Assembly (NCBI RefSeq): GCF_006345805.1
Contig: NC_043013.1
Location: forward strand, 22,568,001 to 22,632,000
Reading direction: 5' to 3'
Length of the DNA: 64,000 nt
Origin: Octopus sinensis
Taxonomy: Eukaryota
Made by a program: the position numbers and the translations under genes. Positions within the stretch are counted from its first letter, which is position 1. Each line of letters opens with the position of its first letter. The notes below the pieces were generated by a model. It ran no database searches. It saw only the letters and a list, made by a program, of their open reading frames with translations, and was not told the DNA's origin. This document shows positions 51,246-60,259 of the stretch, piece by piece.

Positions 51246-54200
51246 TCATATCCACAGTTGATGTTGTTAAGTGACAGGAAGAGCACCCAGCCGTAACAAA
51301 AGACATAAAACCAGCAATGACCTGCACGACAGCAAAATTGTCCAGTTTTTTTTCTTCTCAGATTATTGAACGATTTTTATGAGTGTAAAGAAGAAATGGG
51401 ATCTTTGCAAATCCTGCCAACCCTGAGAAAAATGCATACCCATAGAAATTATGATGGTTATTACTTATGCATGCATACATACCTGTGATCAGACACCACT
51501 ACAAGGGACACAGTAAGGTCTCTGGTAACGTTCTACATTATAGCATATAAGGATTTCTTAAATCATTTTAGGGATTAAGGAAAACACAATCCTAACTTTC
51601 ATGTTTAACTCAAGAAAATGAGATAGAGTAATATTTGGGCATGAAAACAGGTGTGTGGGTTTAATTATGAAGAACCCCAAGGTAGTCTTGGATCAACGGA
51701 TGTTCCAGCCATGACCATTCTTTATGGTTTTGTTTTGTTCCAGACATGTTTTAAGTACGTTTATATTATCCATTGTTTTCTTTCTATTCTTAAATGAGAG
51801 AAGATAATTTGAGGGAAATGTGACTGTTATTTCTGGAAGGTTTAGTATCCACATGCAGAAACTCTTCTCATTGGTTCTTAGACTGACATTAAAATGTGTT
51901 ATGATGTAGATGACAGAACAATTTTCTATAATTCTTGCTTTGAATGTGTCCCTTTCTTCTGTGACTCAGAAGAAAGTCTTAGAATTGTTATTAGGATTTG
52001 GCAATAGAAATGGATGGCAGAATTCATCTGAGGCAAGATTATCAGCTGAAGGATCTTAGTATTCAAAGACAATAGAAAATTCTTTGTGAATTTAAGCAAA
52101 TGCATATTAGATTCTGTGGTATACGTCTCCCAACTACTGACATTTGGTACCTGTAAATGTTAGTTGTTATATGCTGGTGACCTATCCAGGGAAAATTTAT
52201 TCTGCATACACTGCCATTGAACTGAAACAAAGCAGCAATCCTTGCAGAATTCCAAAGTGCAAAAGGAAGAATTTGAATTATTTGTTCATTATTAAAAACC
52301 TGAAACAAAGGGAACTCATTAGAGCAGGGGTTCTCAACAAAGGTTCGTATGACCCGGTGGGGATCCATACAAGCTTCTGTTGTTAAAATTTAACTGCAAT
52401 AAATTGGTTATTCTTGTTCAGTACACAGAACATTTAAACAATCTTTTAAATACAATTCCTAAAATCTAATTATAAAAATCTAATGGGATTTTTTTTTAAA
52501 CATTGAATGGCTATGAGGGTCCAGTAGAATAAAAAAAAAGGAATCTAAGAGGGGCATTAGTAAAATAAAAAGAAAGGTGGGGGAGGTAGACATTGGCATC
52601 ATCCGTATATCATTCGCTATATGCCTTGAATAATAAAAAAATATTATAATAATGAGAAATACCTTAGGAATTAGAACCTAGGTTCAAAATTTCCCCAAGA
52701 CACCTGATGAAGGCTGGTGGGTATATCAGCCGAAACATTGTGTTAACAACAAACAAGATGAGGACAAATATCCGTCAAATGTAAATAATACAGGGATTTT
52801 GTTGTGTGTGTGTTTGAAGTATTGAAGAATTAGAAGCAAACTGGGTAGAAAATATGGTAGTTTTATTATCTACAGGAGTGTCACTTACAGAAGCATTTTG
52901 GTTGTAGAATGGTAAAAAAAAAAAATAGGGTTTCTGCAGCATTAGAAAATCTCTCGGTAAGCAATCCACTGCAATTAAAGAAATATGTGATCTTTTGGGC
53001 TCTGTGGTCCCTGAAGACATTTGTTGTTCCTTTGAAGGTAATCTCTGTAGTTTTTATATGAATAGGTAAATAGCATTTGGTGGATGAAGCTACAGCACCG
53101 TTTGGATGTGTTGTAACTAGCACTGCTGTACTGCAAGGGGTCTACTTGGGGCTTTAATTTGTGTGTGTGTGTGGAGGGAGGTGTTTCAAGCAGGATGTTT
53201 GTGTATGAACCATTTGCTTTGGGATGAAATCCTTTTAGTAATGGAAATCTGTCAGTGGATCCCACCATGACCACCTCCACCTTCACATGATGTTTTCTCT
53301 CAAAGAATCTTCCCCATCCAATATTGATTACCTTTTCAGTTTATGTTTTGGAATTCTTTTAAGAAACCATGCATTTGTTTGTTGTTGCCGTTTTAGCCCC
53401 AGGTCAGCCCTGATCAAGCAGACCTATCATCCTATCTTTTCCAGGCCAGTATATCATTGTGTCCTTCCTCACTTAGAGCAATTTTTTTTATGATGTGAGA
53501 AAGATTTGACTGCTATTTTTAACATGTCACACCAACATGTAGCAGCTCCCTTCGTCTCTTTTTCATACATTTATGAGTAATTTTGAAGGAAAGTATGTAA
53601 TTACATTTGCTATCACTTGGAATTTTGTTGTGTTTTATTGCAATTATTATTCTCAGCTTTGTTCTTTCCTGTAGCTAATTATCATTAATTGCTAAGCTAA
53701 TTGTAAATTGAGAGAAAACTTTGAACTTGTTGCATCAAATTCTTTTTTTTTTTTTATTATCTTCTTTTTTATTATCATTATTATTATTATTTTCTCATTT
53801 TTTTCTTTCTGTTTTTTCATCTCCCGTCTTGCATTTGTTTCATTCTAGACGGAAATCCAATGTAAATCATTGTCGTATCAAGTCCAAGCAGGATCGTGGT
53901 CAGCTGAAGTATTACTTGATCGACACATTGTTGTTTGACAGTTTGTACTCACTAATAACCTATTACAGACAGAATCCACTCCGCAGCTCTGACTTTGAGC
54001 TCACTCTAAAAGAACCCATTCCACAGCCACAGTGCCATGAGGGCAAAGAGTAAGTCCTCCAACTTTCCCTTTTATTCTTTTTTAATTGCTTTTTATGTCT
54101 TTTTTTTATGATTTACAGGAAGATCAGTTGTACTCAAGATCTTCGCTAGTTTTTCAAGATTTGAGCATGATCATTGCCAGGGCCACAGATTGGCTCCCAT

Positions 54201-57200
54201 GCCAGTGGCATGTGAAAAGCACCATTCGAGCGTTATCTTTGCCTGCATCGCCATACTGGCACATGTGCCGGTGGCATGTGAAAAACAACATTCGAGCGTG
54301 GTTGTTGCTAGTGCCGCCAGACTGGCTCCCATGCAGGTAGCATGTAAAAAAACCTTTTGAGCGTGGTCGTTGCCAGAACTGCCTGAATGGCCTTCGTTCC
54401 AGTGGCATGTAAAAGCACCTACTACACTCTCAGAGTGCTTGGCATTAGGAAGGGCATCCAGCTTTAGAAACTTTGCCAGATCAGATTGGAACCTGGTGCA
54501 ACCTTCTGTTACACCATGCAACCCATGCCAGCATGGAAAGCAGATGTTAAGCGATAACATTGATGATGATGATATACATAAGGTTATCAACCACCTCACC
54601 AACAACAACACTGAACACCTTTTTGATCTCCATGTGTCTAACACACGTGGACATGCCTACAAAGTCAGAAAACAATACAGCTCCCATGACTTTCGGAAAC
54701 ATTTTTTCACGCTCAGAGTTGCTGAAGCATGGAATAAACTGCCTGCGTCAGTTGTTGACTGCCATGACACTGCATCTTTTAAGGCCCTCATACTTTCCGA
54801 AATCCGCCGAAACTACACCTGATTATATATACACTTTAGATGAGTTGTAGTGCACCTGAGCACTGTACACAATTATTATTATTATTATTATTATTCATAA
54901 AGTTCACATTATTAGAATAATCAGCATTTAATCAACGAACGGCCAAGAAGTGATGGAAACTATTCACTGGATTGTACTGACATGATGTGACACTCCAGTT
55001 GTATAGTTCTGACAAAGATCCTGCTGTTTCATTGTTCTCTTCTGGTTTGTCAAAGGAAGATTAATTTTATGAATTACTGGATGAAAACAACAATTCTGGC
55101 AGGATTACACACAATCATTTTATCAGCAAGTTGCACCGAATTCAAATCCAAGTTACTTCAGGGTAGGTCACAGACCCCAGCCACCCTGCTCATCTCAGTC
55201 AACATTGTCATTGAATCTAAACTCGGGTTCTGATTGCAAATTGGACCTTATGGCTCTTGTACATCATCCATTCCTTATTTAAATTTATCATACACGTATG
55301 CCATTTACCATGTATTTTTCTTGAGGGTTTCCCCTAATTATGTATTTCTTTCATCAGGTGGTTTTATGGTGATATTGATCGAGTTACTGCTGAAGATAAA
55401 TTGAAAAGAATTCCACGTGATGGTGCCTTTTTGGTGAGGAGAAGTGAAACAGACCAGTATGCATTTGTGATATCCTTCAGGTAAGAAGAGGAAAGGACAA
55501 GATTTCTTTATTAAAACCATATTTGTGAAGTGTACATATATGTATACTAGCAGTATCGCCCGGCGTTGCTCGGGTTTGTTTCGACCCTTTAGAATTGGAA
55601 TTTTTGAAAAGTAAAAATTTTGCATTACGTAGCTTGTTATTCTCTTTAAGTGAACATTTTTCTGGTTGAAATACACCGAAAAATGGCAACACAGCAGTCA
55701 CAAAATCGTAAAAAATAGGGATTTTCATAGAAAAAAAAAAGCACCTTTTTGATGTAAATAATTTTTGGTCTTAACATGGTCTGATTTGAATTCTTTCTTC
55801 TACAGAAGGAAGAGCAAGCCTTCTGTCATACTTTCAATTTTGGTCAACTTGCACCACAGGGTCTCGGAGGAGATAGTGTTAGTTGAAGGCTACTAAACCT
55901 GCCATACACAGACAACTTCAGCTTAATATATATATAGAGAGATGAGTGTATGGGTAAATAGGGAGAACCCTCTTCATTTAGGGTTTTTATGCATGTATAA
56001 AATTTAAATGTGGCCGACAATAGGTGAGATATGACAATAATAACAATAGGGGAGATATGATAATAATAACAACAATAATAATAAGAAATTAACTGAGATG
56101 TGAATAATTTAATTGCTTTTTGTAAATTAAAATTGTGTTTTTTTTTTCCCCCATCTAAATTCTTCAGGTGTGAAGGTAAAATAAAGCACTGCCGAATTAA
56201 ACAAGAGGGTCGCCTCTTCACGATCGGTACTGCACAGTTTGAGAGTTTACTCAACCTGATAAAATATCATGAAAAGAATCCTCTCTACAAGAAAATGAGG
56301 CTTAGGTACCCAGTCACGGACCAGTTAATCATGAGAATGGGTATTGTAAGTAGAACTTTTGCTTTCAGTTCTTAGAATTCTGGTTATTTTCTCCCCTGCC
56401 ATAGAGACCAGCCCAATCATTACCACAACCCCCACAACCACTCCATGCATTTCCTATACTGTCCACTCCTGTGAATTAGTGATGATTAGATGCTATTTAG
56501 ACACTCCTGGCGCCGTACAATGTACATACACACACGTTATATATATCTAATACAAATAAGAAAATAGAGAAACAATTTAGTTGGTTCATCAGCTTTAGAT
56601 ATTAGAATGTTGACTTACTTATTTATTTATTTAACAAAAACGAGAACCTTAATAACATACATATTGAATTTTAATGTATGTATGTATGTTATTAAGGTCC
56701 CGTTTTTGTTAAATAAATAAATAAGTCAACATTCTAATATCTAAAGCTGATGAACCAACTAAATTGTTTCTCCATTCTCTTATTTGTATTATAAATTAAT
56801 GGTAAAATATTTCTTAACCTTCACCCATTTAATACAATAAATAAGTTAATTATTGCAATTAAAAACAGTTGTGTATTTAATAATTTGGGTATTATACCAA
56901 CACTATATTGGATAAGTATTATCCCTTAGTGGGTTGGATCCACAACCCCTAACTTACTTGGTGTGTATGTATATATATATATATATATATATCTCCTGGT
57001 ATCGACCAGACCATTCAGTGTTGATATACATCACTGGCCACAGTGCACTTCACATTGTTTGTTTTAGCTTTCAGATAATGCTACCCATCTGGTGAGGTGA
57101 GCAGGCCAAACAACCCCCTGCCCCACTGATTGGAAAACTGTTTCAATTCAGGGTTATATATTTACAGCGGAATGGAGCTGTGTGAAAATGAAGTGTCTTG

Positions 57201-57594
57201 CTCAAGAACACAACATGCTGCTCTGTTCAGGAATTGAACACACAATCTGAACATTGTGAGCACAACAATCATAACCACTAGGCCATTGCACCTTCACACA
57301 CAAACACACCCATATACATATATATATACTTATATATATATATATAAATATAATTTAGGGTATCTAAGAGACACCACCACACTGGAAATAGCAGTCCAAA
57401 TAGCAGCACCTGGTGTTGTATGAGCATTTAATTTAGTTTTAGAGTCAAGTTTTGACTGCTATTTCCAGCGTGGTGGTGTCTCTTAGTTACCCTAAATTAT
57501 AATTTTCAATAATTATTACCTTTGAAAGGTTTTTATTCCCATGCTGGCCACCTGATAGGATCAGTATTTTAAATATCGATCTTATCCTTATTGA

Positions 57595-57672
<78 letters not shown>

Positions 57673-60218
57673 CTTGGCTGTGTGCTCAAGTTCATTCCTC
57701 CATCCTGTGACTTTTGGTTCAGTTCTGTTGTGAAGTGTTTTCTACTGAACTTGGGAAACAAAGCCATGCAAATGGATTTGGTTGAGGAAACTGAAAGAAG
57801 CCTACTATGTGTGTGAGTGTGCATGTTTGTTTGTGTGTCCATGTGTTCACCGTCATACTCCTCCATGTATCACTGAGCGACAAGTAGTGATGTCGTCGTC
57901 ATTTCTCTTCTCAACAAATCGTTTGTTGATTTTGTGTGTTCAAAGACATGGAATTTGAACACATGTTGACCTTTTATTTTAAAAATAGTTAACGGTTGGC
58001 AACAGGAAGAGCACCCAGCTGTGAAGCAGTGCCTTTTGAATACATTTGTGTAACCCATGGCAATGTAGGACACACACAAAACAAATGAATCCTGACTGGA
58101 AGGAAATGTGTGTAGGGCCTGACAGAAATCCAACTGTGCTGCTGCTGCTCAACTGTAGTTTAGTTTGGGGACCGTGACACCACGGAGGCATCTCCTGTGT
58201 TCATGCTGGAAATTAAACTTATGTTTATGTACAGTATTGTCAACCTTACATCATTATTTGGAAATTGTTCAACCACACCTTTCATACATATTTAGGATTG
58301 AGACCCCCTTCGGTCATGAATGACCATGGGATTGCACCTAGAAAGTCTGGGCAAGGTTGTTTATGGAAGACCAGCAGTCCCCCATGCATACCAGCCTCTC
58401 CTCCTCTCCATGCCACCGATGTTATCCAAGGGAAAAGCAAAGGGGCCAATACAGCTTGGTGCCAGTAACATCACAACTCATTTCTACAGCTGAGTGAACT
58501 GGAGCAACATGAAATAAAGTGTCTTGCTCAAGAACACAACACACAGCCCAATCTGGGAATCGAACTCACGATCGTAAGCTCGACACTCTAACCACTGAGC
58601 CATGTGCCTTCACATATAGTTAGGATAATTACAATCAATATCCAATGTGGCAATGCATTCTATTTCTGCCCATCGAAACCGAATGCCTTTTTGTTCTGTG
58701 TATGTTGTTTTTGGGGTTTTTTTGTTTCCAGAACTAAGTTTTTCATCTGATGACATTTTACCAATTTCTCAGTAAGACACTAGTTTCTTTAAAAGTATCA
58801 GCGACTCATGTTGTTGGATGTTTCTCTAATTGTAGGAAAAGAGTTCAATCCTGCTCTGATACATACAATATGCACAAGTTTAGTTTGTACTTTATACTTA
58901 AAGTATTGTTTTGTAATTTGATAATTTAATCAAAAACTGGACTTCTACTTCTGCTTCAGACAGAATTTCCCAGTGACCTGTTGGTAGATGACTAGATGGT
59001 CAAAGGGATAAATGAATCGTGGCCAATGCCAGCGCCACCTCGACTGGCTTCCGTGCAGGTGGCACGTAAAATGCACCAATCCGACCGTGGGCGATGCCAG
59101 CCTCGCCTGGCACCAGTGCAGTTGGCACGTAAAAAGCACCCACTACACTCACGGAGTGGTTGGCATTAGGAAGGGCATCCAGCTGTAGAAACATTGCCAG
59201 ATGAGACCGGAGCCTGGTGCAGCCTTCTGGCTTCCCAGATCCCCGGTCGAACCGTCCAACCCATGCTAGCATGGAGAACGAACGTTAAACGATGATGATG
59301 ATGATGATGAGCATAAGTTTTAAACTGCCATCAGATGTACTGGTCACATGACCTCTCTCTGTCAATCAGTTTTTAATTTGCTGACCATTACTGAGTTATG
59401 ATGATTATAGGATGTAGTTCGTTAATGTGCAGCAATCACTACTTATTAAGGTGCCTTGGCTCCCTACAAACAGAACAGTGCAACCTTCAAGGTTTGCTGA
59501 CATCTGTTTTACATCCATTTTGTCCCTGTTGCTGATATCAACTGCAAACAGGGATTAAGTGGGCCCAAATGAAAAACTGTCGTTTTAAATTCTTTTGGAT
59601 TAACTGAAGGTGATGCTTGGCCTCCCAGTCACTTAATTAATTTGTTCAATGTAACAACTTAATGTCCTTTAAACTGACCCCTGATCTACTATTATTGATC
59701 CTAAATCAGGTCAAATGGCAGACGAGTTTCTGGAACCACGAGTATGGTGACCTGAAAACTGATGTTTGGTTGATTTTAATTTTGTTCAGCTTTCATGCAG
59801 CCATGTTAACCTGTTTGTTGTGGGTCTGTTATTACACTAGTTGGCATGTTTGTGGTCCTTATTGCTTGACTGTAGTTCCAGAACACACCTTGCCACTTTC
59901 AAAACCAAATGCTTAGAGTTTGTCTAATGTCATTTCAAGTTGATTCTTCCTTTGTAGGCACCAAATGCTGGTTCAATGCATCAAGAGCTCTATGTTAATC
60001 CCAATGATTTTACTTCAAAGGTAACCCTAAGTATTTGTAGAATGCTGCCAGTAGTCGTCTCTAATTTCATTTGTCCTCTGACTCTGTGTTTTTTGTGTGT
60101 ATGTCCGCCCGTCCATGGGGCAGCATGACCCTTCTTCATCATATAAAATGTATTTGTTTATTATTTGCACTATGCATATGTATTTAATGTGGTAGCTGTA
60201 GTAATGACCAGTGTGTGT

Positions 60219-60259
<41 letters not shown>

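Noticed and set aside
43046-53849. nSH2 Trp-to-Leu (SLSF-L-RK versus TLSF-W-RN) as a sign of a missed exon
   Set aside because: The split codon TT|A joins cleanly with strong splice sites and the domain length is normal; a plain substitution with the FLVR arginine intact.
59451-59491. Possible third linker exon ending ACC TTC AAG|gtttgc (TFK)
   Set aside because: Nearest acceptor gives 41 nt, out of frame; no Tyr motif in the required frame.
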